Below, piece by piece: positions 10,831-24,500 of a stretch of 64,000 bases of DNA. This DNA comes from Balanoglossus misakiensis (lineage: Eukaryota; Animalia; Hemichordata): NCBI GenBank assembly GCA_040954595.2, contig CM082597.2, positions 1,284,886-1,348,885 on the forward strand, in the 5' to 3' direction. The translations under genes and the position numbers were made by a program. Positions within the stretch are counted from its first letter, which is position 1. Every line of letters starts with the position of its first letter. The notes under the pieces are model-generated. The model searched no databases and was not told where the DNA came from. It worked only from the letters and a program-made list of their open reading frames with translations.

Positions 10831-13800
10831 ATGGCGCTTTCTTCAAGACTGCATATACTAATAACGATCTTCATTGCGACATGTTTGATATATTGTGCTG
10901 GTCCATACTTTTCCTGGAAAGAAATGAGGGCTAAGAGTGTTATTCCCGGGATCGGGCGTGTTACGGAATTCGTGAGTGAACATGGCAAATCCGGGAAGCA
11001 CCATCAGGAAACACCTCCGTTGCCCAAGGCAGTGAATGGTAACAAACAACTAGATACCACAGGAGATTCTGTACTCAAACTTACAAAAAATAAACAAGGC
11101 AAGACGGCACAAGAAAATGAAATGCGGGAGGCGGTAGGTGGCTTTGGAGCAAAAGAATCTCACAACATGTATTACTTTTCGAGAGAGAAAAAATCAGAGG
11201 ACATTCATCGTTAAATAATGTTAACTATATCTGTTTTGATTTAATGTTTAATTTATAACTAGTTTTTGGATATTTTGAGAATTGCTATGTGCTTCGAAAA
11301 TAGTGGTGACACCTTGTGGTTTTAACCGTCTGTTATATTATGTGTTTTATTGTCAGAATTTCACATCAAGGAATGTGGTAGATACACAGCTCTCGAGTCG
11401 GCGATATCTTTTGCCTGTGTTTTGTGACGGCAATGGTCCTAACGTACAATATAACGCATTCAAGAATAGTTTGGCCTATGCTATACATAGCAACCGAAGT
11501 ATTGTGGAACAATTCTTTTGGGCACATGCTTTGAATCAGGAAGACCATTTATCAAGTCAGCAAAATTTAAATGACACATTTGATATCAAGAAACTGCGAG
11601 AGATAGTTGATATTGCAACTATAGATGACTTCAATCGCGATTGTAATCATTCATTAGATCGCTTGCTGCTCGAACCCTCTCAATGTGAACAACACGGGTA
11701 TCGTAATCGCGAAATTTATGAAAGGCAGAAACAGATATATTACGACGCGTACCGCATACACTTGCCGGATTTTGAAGATCTTCCTAAAACTGAAAAGGCT
11801 GCATTAACAGCATTGGAAACATCGGCTTCTGTGAAATGTGTAGGTGTGTACCGAATAATAGGCCTAAGTGGGAAATGGGGATCACAAAAGGAGGGACAGC
11901 TCGTCCACAAGCACCTAGTGATCAACCCCCATCTGCAGGAAATAGCCCAGACAATATCGGAGAAAATATGTAATGGAAAACCGTATGCTGCAATGCACTG
12001 GAGAAACAGGACTGGAGAGATGTACGTTTACACGGATATTCAAAATTTACAATATAGCAAATGCAATTGAAAAAAAGTTAACCATTCTATTTCTTTTGCG
12101 GGATTTCCATCATTCTATTGATACAAAACACTTGCGTTGAGGATCATCGATAGCATGTGGCTGACATTTCAGTTATATAAACATGTAGGCCTGTCCAAAT
12201 TATGAAAGCAGAGCTGTTTATGACTTCTGGAATTTTTTCGAAGCTGAATAGGAAATGTGAACTTTGATGTCGTTTGCAAATTATACAAGAACGTTAACTA
12301 ATTAATACGTGCTTATTATTATTCTTTTTCCAAGGTGTGCAAATTCAAGTTCTTGTCGAATAGCGGAGAGGGTTGCAAACGTAACAAGGACCGCGGAATT
12401 TGCAGCTGTAGATATACGCAACTTCATGAAAAACAATAGTTTATCGTGTATTTATGTGGCCCATCCACGACATGGTAAGGTAAGAAGCAAAAGGCCATCG
12501 AATCAGTGGAAGATTGAAAGCATGAAATCACAGACCCTCTCTAGGGTCTATGATGAGATATATACTGCTCAATTCTCGCTACCTTAAATACTTTTTTCCT
12601 ACCTAGGTGAATGATGAAACGCTCATATACTAGTAGTTGACACAATTCCAAGATGGCCGATTTTGCCATGTTTAAGGAATTGAAGTTCATAAGCTGAAGT
12701 GATACTGGCCATTCTGAAACTTTGTAACAGAAAAGCCATGAAATAATTATTTCTTCAAACTCTAACTAAATTGAGTTGTCGACCTTTCACCAAGAATAAA
12801 GTTATTATTACGTGATTTGACCCTCTAGCACGAAGTAAAAACCTTTTAAGGTAGCCAGAATTGAAGCTAGCTATAGTGAGAATATTCTAACACATTTTAA
12901 ATGTTATAAGTAAATAATGAAAAAACAAACACAGTATGTGATGGTTGAGCCGCAGGGAGTGTTTACTTTTAGAGTTTCTAAATAGATGTCTATTTTTCTA
13001 TGGAGTAAATTTCAACACCAGTAGGTGCAGATGTTACAACATGTTCACGTTGCAGCAGCTTTACTGTGGGCATAATCTTTTAATATAAATTCAGTTCCCA
13101 ACCTCACATTTCTCTATAAAATTTTAACATAAAATTTAGAGCATAGAAAGACCAGACCGTTGTGAGCTGCTATTTCACAGAAAAATGTGCTTCTTTTCAT
13201 AATTTATCATCTGTGTTCTATTGAAGCTGATGCCGGAAATCTTGAAGAAAGCAAAAGTTCCAAACGTAGTCAACAAAAGCACTATTGCGCCACCGAAGTA
13301 CCCAGATATCGAAAAATACAAACATGACAACTATTTTTGGTCGTTGTTGGAGCAGGAAATTTGCATCCGTAAGTAACACCATATACACAGTAGTATTATG
13401 GTAAATCACGTCGTCTGCATTTACTGTACCGGAAGGCATGTACATTCTGAGCATATCAAAGTACAAGACCATTTGATTTCGGAGAGGGTTGATGGATAAT
13501 TTTGGAGAGAGAAAAAATTGCTGGCAGATGGTGCAAGGAAAAATGCTTCTGCAATTCCTTGAGGAAAAAGTTCCACTGTCAATCGAAAAAAATAGTTGCA
13601 ACAGTGACTGAAAAAATAAAAAAATGGCTCATATCCAAATCATCCACCCCCAGAAATCAAATGGTTCTCCCCTAATTAATATTCATAACAAAATGGCCAC
13701 TGTCAGCCATATTGAATTACATTGCAAAGTGACACACGTAGTAATATCCTACAAATTAAACTGATATGTTTGTTTCTTTTCCCCAACTGTGTACAGGATC

Positions 13801-13933
13801 TGGAATCTACATAACAACTGGTCCTTCAAGCTGGGATGCGATTGTGAAAAGAGCAAGAGGCTTCAATAATGCACAGTCACTGAGCCTGCAAAGTATAATG
13901 GCCTCCAGCCCATACCAAGTTTGGAGAAAATGA
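10831..13933 (+). CDS. O-fucosyltransferase-like type II membrane glycosyltransferase, paralog C, ~463 aa, inverted relative to A and B
   Basis: Exons 10831-11133, 11357-12021, 12335-12479, 13227-13368 and 13797-13933 have phases 0,2,0,1 and total 1392 nt ending in TGA. TM segment LHILITIFIATCLIYCAG. Motifs NGPNVQ, YAAMHWRN, CIYVAHP and LLEQEICIRSGIYITTGPSSW. Confidence 0.9.
13466..13675. mobile_element. ~200-bp MITE-like element in intron 4 of paralog C
   Basis: Perfect 13-bp inverted repeat ACCATTTGATTTC (13468-13480) / GAAATCAAATGGT (13654-13666), extending inward as degenerate G-rich and C-rich arms. The interior is A-rich and non-coding. No clear TSD. Confidence 0.6.
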
Positions 13934-16900
13934 CAATAGCAACAACAGACGAATTCTCCTTTATCATCAGTTTTGATTATCAGTATTTTAGCACATTCAG
14001 GTGGCAACAACATTTTTTATATCAATTTTCACCAGAAAGACAGAAAAAATCACAACTATGTATCTTTGATTACACACCACAACACGACAATATGCTACTT
14101 TTCCAAAAAGATCACAACCTTTTATTTCATGTTGTATAACAAACTACATCAGAATCGGAATAACTCACTATAATGAAATCCAGATTTACATAAAAAACTT
14201 TTGACATTTCCTGTTGAACATACAAGAATCGCTTGATCCATGCCTACAAGTATCCAAAAGAATGATAAAAGTTGGTTATTTACGGATTCACCACTTGGTT
14301 GCAGTCTTGATGCAGACATTTCTTCCAATGCGATCTTCTACAAGTCTTCATCCATTGTCACTCTAATAGAACCAATTACTGATATAGTCTTCTAGTGGCC
14401 TATACTTCCATGCTACTGATAATCTTTTCTGTTTTGTCAAAAATGAACCCGGTGTCTTTTCATCGTAGAAAAAACTAGACAGCATTCACCACAGCATGCA
14501 CGACGCATCAGATGTTACAGTCCAGCTCAGTCACCACATGCAGCAAGAAAATTTGGTTCAAACCACTGTTTTTGTGTGTAATGTCCGACTCATGTACAAG
14601 GTGCTGAGCTAAGGAGGCTGTCTTTATGCTTTCTCTGATAATAAACTTCGAAACATGTACCATAACTGCTCTTGAAGTAAAACTTTTTTCTCCTCATTGG
14701 ATACTCATAGGAAGGCAATTGAATCTTGGATTTAAGAGTTTACTCCTGGAAAACCCTAACCCTAAGCTGAGCTCTGACTAGTAGTTGGTAATGTCATTGT
14801 GGCAAATATCCAGGTGTAACTGTCTTGTTACCAAAGTCATAGTGCATGCAATGCAATGCTGCCACCCCTATACATCCTGGTGCAGTGGACTATTCCAACA
14901 TGGCTGTAAACAATGAGCAAGATCAACCTCTGAAAGATTGGACGATGTTCCTGCTGTCACAGACTATACATAGCTATAATTTGGACATTAACACTCCATG
15001 TAATAGGCACAATGGAATAGTCCACAAAGCAGAGATCAGGGGGTTACAAAGCGTTTAAATGTCAAAGCAACACTGGACGTCAACACTTTAGGAAATTCAT
15101 AGCTTCACAGAACTTCAAACTTCATAAATTCTCCCTCAAGTCTCTCAGGGACAAAAACTACTCTAACAGAATTATCTTGATAAAGCTACAATTATCACAA
15201 CTTTTATGTTTGAACAACTGACTGCTTATGAAAATACTGAATTACAAGTTTGTACAACTACACTGTGATATTCACCAATACTCTGCAACTTGTATGTACA
15301 TGATTGTGAACAGGAAACAATATCTATTTATTAACTACATCCAAAAATCAACCATTTAAAACTTATTGAAGAATAAATTTTATGATGCAGGAACTTTGTC
15401 ACTAGGGTTTTCATTCCAACTGGGAGTACAGGAAATCCATGGATTGACCTATGAAGGAATTGGGATACAACCCAACTAATTCAGAGTGTTCATTTTCGTC
15501 AAATTGGGGAAAAGTCTGAGAGGACACACACCATTCTTCAACTCATCAACACACTGGTACTGTCCCATATAATCAAGCACTAAAATAAAACCCTCAATGA
15601 CAAAGTCCTTGCTTCAAAATACCCTTATCTATATCATACGAAAAAAAACCCTCCAACCCCCTCTCCTCCCCCATCAGCTACCTCATTGAATTAACTAACT
15701 TTATATTTCAGTGGTACGTTTTGTGGACAGCGCCAATATAATGAGATTACCGAAACTCCACAAAATAACAACATATACTCCAAAGATAGAAAATTGTAAT
15801 ACATGTATTTTTTTCCCTTTTAGGTTAATGTTACACATATTTCATGAAATGAGAACATTGATACATATGTACCAGACCATCCCTATGACATGACAATGGT
15901 ACAGTCCTGGCGCAATTTGAACTACTGGGGATTAGGATCAATATAAACATCAATTATAGGGGAGGTACATGATATCTTTATTTTTTTTAATGCTTAAAAA
16001 TCACAGCTTATTTATGCATAACCTAACTTAATAAACTAAACATTGCAATCCTTCGTTAAATATGCAAAAATGACTTCCTTAAACGCAAAAAAACAAACAA
16101 ATGAAAGACTCATCTCTCAAATTTGGTAAATCTTTTAACATCTAATAAACTATCAACAAAAAATATCAGCTTTGATCGACACCATGACAACGTTTTTTGG
16201 AACCAATGGATCTATTCTTCAATGATTTAAAATGTGCAAAACACTAGCGTTCTATGAATTTTAACATTTGTGGAAGTAATCTATCAGTCAGAAACTAGGA
16301 ACAAAGACGAAAATTGCTTTCTTTTTGTACTGTCAATAAAAAGCATTGACTACATCTAGTACTAGAAACTGTTTTTATTCAGTGAAGATAACAAGAAGCC
16401 TATTACCCACATAGACAAAAGTCGAACATTTGAAATTTGAGGCCAACTCTTCATAACAACCGGACACACGTCCTAATGTTAATTTCTCTATTTCCTAAAA
16501 CATCATAAAAGCTCAACATGTTTTGCAAACTGACATACAATCATAAATTCAACAGAACAATCTTTTAAAAGGTTTAAGGAACAGCTACGACTTGACAAGC
16601 AAAACTCTCATATACAGATAGGAAAAACTAGTTTAAAGAGAATTGTTTAAAGATTCATTAAAAGTTCATACAACCATCGGCTACCTTTGAATATTCTTTA
16701 AAATTGAACACTTGGTCGTTGGTTGGAAAAATGCTTTCAAAACAGTGTGGGTGGGGGCATGGTTGTCACGGCAACCCCACACCAAATCTGTTTTGCTCCT
16801 GCAAAGGACCACTGGAAAAACAGACAGAGCAAATAAAGTATGTGCAAAATGTACTCTTTGCAAAGAAAAGAAAAATGTTAGTAATGAAAAACCCAATTTG

Positions 16901-18555
16901 CGTGGTGTGAGTGAAATGAAATACCCTGCTTGTTAATACAACACCTTGTAAATACACACAAAACTGAACTCATAAAAAGTACATTCTACACTATTAATGC
17001 CAAAGAAAGAACGTGCATAGAGAGAGTCTAATATTCGGTGGCAGTGTTTTCATGCTAATGTCATATATGCTGATTTCTCATAGCTGGCATTTGGCTGGTT
17101 TTCGCAAGAAAATCATTGCCATTGTACAAAACACATTGTGTCCCTGTTCACTCCATTTTGAAAATTCAATTACAATGCCCGTTGTTTTCTTGAATGTCTG
17201 GGGAGAAATTAGCATATGCATGAGCATGATTACATATGCAAATTAAAAAGGCAAGTCACCCATACCCTGCCTCTTCCACCCCTGCACTAAATGGAACATC
17301 CTGTCAAGTCACCTCAAAAGATGTAAAATGAGGGTAATAAGGCTGTCGGGGCCATGAGTGCTGACTTCAGAACTTTGCATGCTTGGTAAGGCACAAGAAA
17401 ACTGAAATTATGAGAGATAAAGAGGTATGGGACGACTCAACTCAAAACACAAACCTGAGAAAAAAGATGTTCTCATCGTTACAATTTGGAAGATATGTTC
17501 ACAATGTGGGTAATTATTATTGCAGGTCAAATAATGTATCAATGATGTTGAACCCTACCGATAACAATTAAACTTGGCCAAACCCATCAATAAAATTAAT
17601 GGATGACACCATAGCATGCTAAGATAAATGGTGGGTTTAGTTTTTAGCAGACCACGAATGCAGCGATTTATATCCAATGTACATTATGATATGTTTTACG
17701 CTTGAAATATACAACACAACCATACTCGCGATTTAACATCACATTCTGTAAACATTTAATATTCTGTCTTGCATTAGATTTACACAAAATTATAAGAAAC
17801 AATTACAAACTCAACATTATTTTCTTTACAATCATCAATGTTTATGAAATTAAGACTGGATCACTAAATACCTTGCATGATTTTTATCACTCATTTAAGT
17901 TTGTATGTCATGTGCCGCACATTTGTAAACTAATATTATGATTACATATCAATGTGCTGGATTTTTGCGGCAATCAAGTCAAACTGACTGAGTGAAGAAA
18001 GGCGGGCCAGATTAAACCATCTAGTTTGAGGTGGAAGAGTGCAGAGTTATTGTACGACCTGATGAAAAGTACCAGAGAAAAAAGCAGAATATCTGAAATC
18101 AGACCATTACATGACCTTAACTCCGCATTCTTAATGCAAGCGGTCAAATACCGCAATATGTTTCTCTACAGCCTCATAAAATTGATAAATAACAAAAAAT
18201 GTCTCCACACAACAACAGCAACACTATCATAACCCAAAACAAACATTAGTAGAAGCTCAAACCAAATACTATGCCGATGAATGGTAAATGTCGGACATAT
18301 TGAATGCTGCATCATGGGTATTGATGTTATGCAAATCAGTTGGGGGTAAAGGTCATGTAAGGTTGCCATATTCACTCCTGTATTGTGGATAGCAGGTAAT
18401 GTAACTAACAGGTTTTCCATATATGGTCATCTGCTGCTAGGCCCCAAAGTTCACATGATTTCCAAACTGTAACTTACAGAACCAAGCAGATATTTGAACA
18501 AATGCTGACAACTAGCAAACAAAACAGAAAATTTCACAAGCTTTCCTAAAGTCAC

Positions 18556-18578
18556 TCAGACATTGACGGGTGGTGGAT
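18556..18578 (-). CDS. IgSF gene last coding exon (D)PPPVNV*
   Basis: Acceptor cttctttttcag|, phase 1 matching the TM exon, TGA at 18558-18556. V-N-V fits a class II PDZ-binding pattern. Confidence 0.7.
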
Positions 18579-21500
18579 CTGAAAAAGAAGCATAAAATAA
18601 AATAGTTAGATGAAGACTTTTACACTGAGGGATTTTGGCAATGACTAACGTCGACAGTATCTGTGTGTGAACATTTGCAACCATAGTAATCCATCTGTAT
18701 TTGACAAAAACAATACTGCCTATTTTATCCATACACAGATTGGGCCGATGAAGCAAAACCTGGAATTTTTGAACATGCTGTCGGGAAGTTAATGTGTCAC
18801 AATTTACAGAATGTTCGAAAACTTCAAGAGATGAAACCAGTTTTAATGTGTTTCCGTGGGTTCCAGTCACTTTGGAAGTTCAAAAGTGGAGTTCAGAAAA
18901 TTGTGCAACCACAATATTTTGATCAGATTTCCACCTGACCCTGCCTGATAATAATTTGCATATTCATGACTTACTTCCACATGTATACTTTGCATATTAA
19001 TGACTTATTTACATAAAGAACAATGTACAAACTGCAAAACAATGCAGGATTTTGTTTCCTGCACTGCATAACTGCATATTTAACCTTTTCACCACTGTAA
19101 AAATATATGAGAAAACAAGATCATCGTTATATCACATTGAAAGGGCAATGGGTAACATGTACATGTATGTCTGGATAAACCGTTTTCAGTGAAACTTACG
19201 GTGTACAGAGAAACAGTTCAGAAATAAACCTTTTTTCACGAAGTTTTCCAACAAGCAGTGGTGAAAGTCATGAGTGAAGTGAATTTGTTTGCTTTGCAAC
19301 TGAGCAGACCATTTCTGAGATGCGGTGCGTCATGTCCATGCAATTAAAATGTGATTTTTTTTTCACATTGGAGGGACGTGGGAATGAAAAACACACAAAT
19401 ACTGGCAGTTTTCCTGATGCATTACGGGATGCAATCTAACTTGAACAACAGTTTAATAATCACAGTAACTCATATGAGAGGTCTTCAAATTCAATCTTGA
19501 TCTAACCTCCATCTTTCTGTTGACAGCTTTGTCTCTTGATGAACTTTTTTAATGTGGGCAAACATGGCATGCATTATCAAGCAAGGGTGGTTGCAATCTG
19601 TCATCACACTGTTTTTGGTTGCAAATTAATCCCGTCTACTAGCGTTCATTTGCCAATGAGAACTCCACACACGTTAATAAAAGTTAAGAGTACGAGATTC
19701 AATTTGAGTCAACATATTTTCTCTACTGTATTGTATACTAACATTCTCATGCAATCTACAGGGTCTAGGGGTGATAGGTACTAGTACTATGGGGATGTAT
19801 GAAAGAATAGGCGTCATTGTTGACTGAATCTAATAACAGGCAACTAACAACATCAGACAGTTAATGTCCAGGGTTAACTTTTCTAAGAAGCAGTTCTGTG
19901 GGGAATCAACTCGCAGTTCTTTCATTCAGCCCAAAAGCTTGGCAGGTTACATTGGAAAATATTTCCATGTTGACTGAGACTGACGTGGATAACTCATTGA
20001 CTTGTAGTCATGCATTGAGAGTGAAACATACAAAGATATTTATGTGGTGGTTTTAAATCCCATAATACCATACTTTCCGTTACGTCGATTCAAAGTTGTC
20101 ATCCAATATCAGTGACAGCAAAACTTTGCCAAGTGGTGTATCTAGTCCATTAGTACCACCACCACTGTCACCACCACCACCACATCAACTTACCAAAGAA
20201 CCAACTTAATAAAAAAGTCACGACATACATCTACATGTACAAAAACAAAATTTACCCTTCTTGTTTTTTGAGCTCTTGTCTGCATTGTCAAGTTTCTTTG
20301 GGCCCTTCTTCTTTCTCATGTAGAAAATCACGAGAACAGTGACACCTACGGCAATGATCAGCAGAGCAATGACAATTCCTGCCACACAACCAGATGTACA
20401 TCCACCTTTGCTGGCACCAGATGTATCTTTCTCAGCATCTGGAAAAGCACAAGACATAGAGCATATCAGAATATCACATGCTGTTTAGTAGCACCCCTAT
20501 AGACCAATTGACATTTCCATCTTAGACACAGTAAAAACACTATAGTTCTGTTGCATCATATTTTGGTTTTTCAATGTGGTAATTTCAAGTTTGCAATGCC
20601 AGAAAAGTAAAGCATCCATGAAGTGAAATAGGACTAAGTTTATTTTATCTCAAATTGTAATACGTCTATAATTTTGAGCATCCCATTGTTCACGGGGAAC
20701 CAGTTTGTCTGTTGTTATCATGAGACAGTTTTGATGGGTAAGATGAATTTATTGTCAATATCAATTGGTCCTGTTGGGGAACTACACACGTTACACAACT
20801 TACTTTTTTCAATCATCTTTACAACAGAAAGCAAACTCTTTGCCTTCTACTGCAAAATTGAACAGGTCGATTTTCTGGAGTGAGCCCAATCTGAACTCAT
20901 TTCTGGTGGAAATTTGACAGCAGTATTAAAAGATACAATGTTGCAAAATTACAAAACAAAATCATAAAACTGCATTAAATTTTTGTCTCAGTGAAACTTT
21001 CAGCTGGCATGATACTTGTCAAACAGTTTCACCACCAGAATGTGTTCAAGTTTGGGCGTACAACATCGATATCCAACACCACAAAGCTTTTAACACTAAA
21101 GATTTGTTATTATAAACATCAGATGTTGATAGTGACTTGAGACACACGAGTTAACCAAGATACAAAAAAGCTTTAACAGCTCACTGCAACTCTTGTCAAG
21201 GATGGCAGAAGCATTTCAGACAGCGTTTTCTTTTACGTGTCAATCCGATGCTTTGCTTGTTGCACGAGTTTACAGTAGCATGTGGTCGCTTTTGAGGAAT
21301 ACAGAAACAGTATTTGACGATTTACAACAACATGCACTGTACTGGTCATAGACTTGTGCTGACCACGCCATGCATTGATGATTGAGTGATGTTTTTGAAA
21401 TGATGATGCATGCATCATGTGGTGTATCATGTGAGAAACCATATGATGTTGTGTGGTGCATCATGTGGTATATGTGGAACTGGTCATGTGGGGACACCAT

Positions 21501-24500
21501 ACTATGTGTGAAACCATACGAAGTTGTGTGGTGCATCATGTGGTGTATGTGAAATTGGTCATGTGGGAGATACCATACAATGTGTGAAACCAAACATTTG
21601 TGTGGTGGAAATATCAAACGGTTCTTGTGGTGATTGTGTGGGAATCATACATGTGAATTGGTGTGACTGGTCAGCATGCCTGTGTGTAGTGGTTGATATA
21701 GAGATGCACATGTAGTGTATTGTGAAATGATTTGTGGAGATGATAGATGTCATCCATGCATACTAAAACAAGATCGCACATTTCATGCAAATTTTCAGCA
21801 TGTTTATAAGAACCCCTGCTGTAGTGTTAGAAGATATAGTTGGCCTGTGGGGGGCGTGGCCATATGGGAGCATAGGCCAGTCATCCTTAGGAGTTCAAAA
21901 AACTGCACGCAAGTCAAGTGAGAGTGTTGTCAACAGAAATACCAGGTGCGTGTAGAAAGAGGAAGTCAGTAATTAACACCAGTGCATAAGTGCCTTCACT
22001 TGAACCTGTTGAGTTCTGTACAAGTGGCAGAGAGAGTAGATACTTAAAGCTGTAGAAGGTGCTTACAAGTTACAGTGAGTATTTGTGTATGAAAAGAAAA
22101 AGTTTGAAAGCTGACAGATGTGAGTGTGGTAAATATGAAACTGCTTGGTAATTTTATTCTACTATACTGAACATTAAAGAACACACTATTGGAAATATTT
22201 GAAAGTAAGAAATTTAAAGGATTTATAGTGATTGAGAAACAAGATTAGTTTTTATAGAGGGGAACTGAAAAAGTAAAGATTTTTGTCAAGATGAAATTGT
22301 ATATATTCATATAGAAAATAAGAAATTGTTAGTGTGAAAAAAAACATGAAGTGAACAGAATTAGAAGTGCTGGTCGTAACCATAGTGATGTGCCAGAATT
22401 CAGCCCCTGTCATTAAACACAAAGTTTCCTAAACTCCAGATAATTATGAATGGGGGAATATCCATACAATTATATATTAAAAAAACAGACCAATAGAAAC
22501 TTTCAATTTAATTGCATTAATGAGAGATGGAAATGGTAAGGGTTACACTGATGAAGTTATGTGCGATGAATATTAATTTTATTGAATACAACAGTGAATA
22601 TTTTGAGTGTTTTTATCTGCTGACAGTTGTTAAATCACCATTCCAAGTCTTACTGCATGACAGCACTTGTCATTTTTTGAGTGTTACCTTTTGGTGTCGG
22701 CTTAGGTAATGGACCTTTGGATACTTCTATAACATTAGTAATCAACAAAATGGAAGAAAAAAATAACACATATGCATAAACAGAATGGCTAACATTACTT
22801 TATTTTCTTTCTATTGTAATTGGGCAAGAGAGAGAGAGAGAGAAAGACTTGACAGTACGACTGCCATCGAAGAAGAAAATACAACTGTCAGAGTAATCAG
22901 AAGTCTTCATGCTGTCCACCAACTGGATTTTTGCAAGTTGGTCATTTTTGAACATCTTGTTTTATTTTCATTGAAATTCCGATGAAGACTTTTTACCAAT
23001 CTGACAGTAATATTTGATGATATACAATCCCACAATATCTCTTAATACGCTGCTGAGACATTTACTCTGTTTCACCCATCTTCCATACATAACTCTTTTA
23101 CAAGGAGGGTGGGGGCGTCGGGGGGCTGGAAATGTTCCTTGATTACGAGTAGACCTAAATCAAAGATCCACTTGATGATATCTTTTCCCTCTGGTTGTGT
23201 CATCAGTCTATCTAATTTGCAGGACAGCAAACTAGGTTGCAAAGGGGGGGGGGGGGATTGTATGGTTGGAAAGAGGTAGCGAGCTCTGTGTCTACAGCAG
23301 CATGGCAGTTTATACAAAGTAACGAAACATGGAGACAAAAGACAGGAAGGAAGATTGGAGATTTGCGAGCTGGTTTGTGGAGGAATATTTTGAAGTAAAC
23401 CATTTAATCAGTTAGCTCCTGGTTTCACCAATTGGCACATAACTGTCTCATGAGAAGTTCAAATTGACAATCAATACACCACTTGCAATAAATATCATTT
23501 TTATAGATACTTCCACAAACCAGCTTTATAAAACCATTGACGGCAGAAACACCCACATTACTGCTTAAATGCTATACCATCTACCACCACCACCGTCACA
23601 TAGGAAAAGGGGGTGACACGATCAACATCATAAGGGTGATGGTAACACCAATTCTGTTGGATTGGGGGAGGGGGGGTCTCTGGATTAACCTGGGTGAGGT
23701 CTGGGTCTGTTGATTTATGGGAGGGGTGGACAGGTTGGAGAATGACTTCAGTCTTTTCCAACTATTTAGTTACACAAGTATGGAGACCTGACATACATAC
23801 TGGCCTACATCTACTTTTCATCACAACTCCCTATATGTCTTCTAGAGATTTGCTGCATTTTCGTAAAGCTTAGGGAAGACTGGAGGAGGGGGGGGGGAGA
23901 GGGGGAGGAGAGAGGAAGGGAGGGGAGCATTTGGTATATGACAAGGAAACTGCGAGAAGCAAACAAAATGAAGCAATGACAAAACAAAATCATTTCTGGT
24001 GAACAATGGAACAAAAAGATGTCAACATAAACAAGCTAATATGTACATTCATGCACACACTCATACATCAACACCCAGACACATTGAAATATGATGAATA
24101 TACTACTCGAACCTTTCGTGGTCTCTGGTGCTTTGGTTGGCAATTTTGTCTCAGTCTTTTCTGTGGTTTTCTGTGGTTCTTCTCCTGTCGAAATCAACAT
24201 GCACATCAAACAAAAAAGGCTTAAAAATCAGTTAAGGTACAGAAAACAGTTTCCACACAGTAAAACAGACATGAACAGTTTTACACAGAAAACGCGAATG
24301 GTTTAGTTCCTTCCAGGATGAGATGACGAACATGATACGATTGCTTGACACGTCTCGATGACCCTTCAACTCCAAATCCAACATGGCTGCCAAGGCCAGG
24401 GGTGGTAACCAAGGTAACCATGTTGGTGTTGCTGTGGGTTGCCGTCCACGTGATGTGATATGACTTTCCCATTTCCAGTGAGCAGAATGATTTGATCGAG

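Noticed and set aside
21233-21753. His-rich and Thr-rich ORFs
   Set aside because: Products of the low-complexity tandem repeat. No phase-1 splice sites were found, and the 75/76-bp period breaks frame.
21814-21902. Possible extra stalk exon after gcgtgcag (minus strand)
   Set aside because: In the required phase 1 it hits TGA immediately, and the other frames give no phase-compatible donor. A poison or soluble-isoform exon is not excluded without RNA data.
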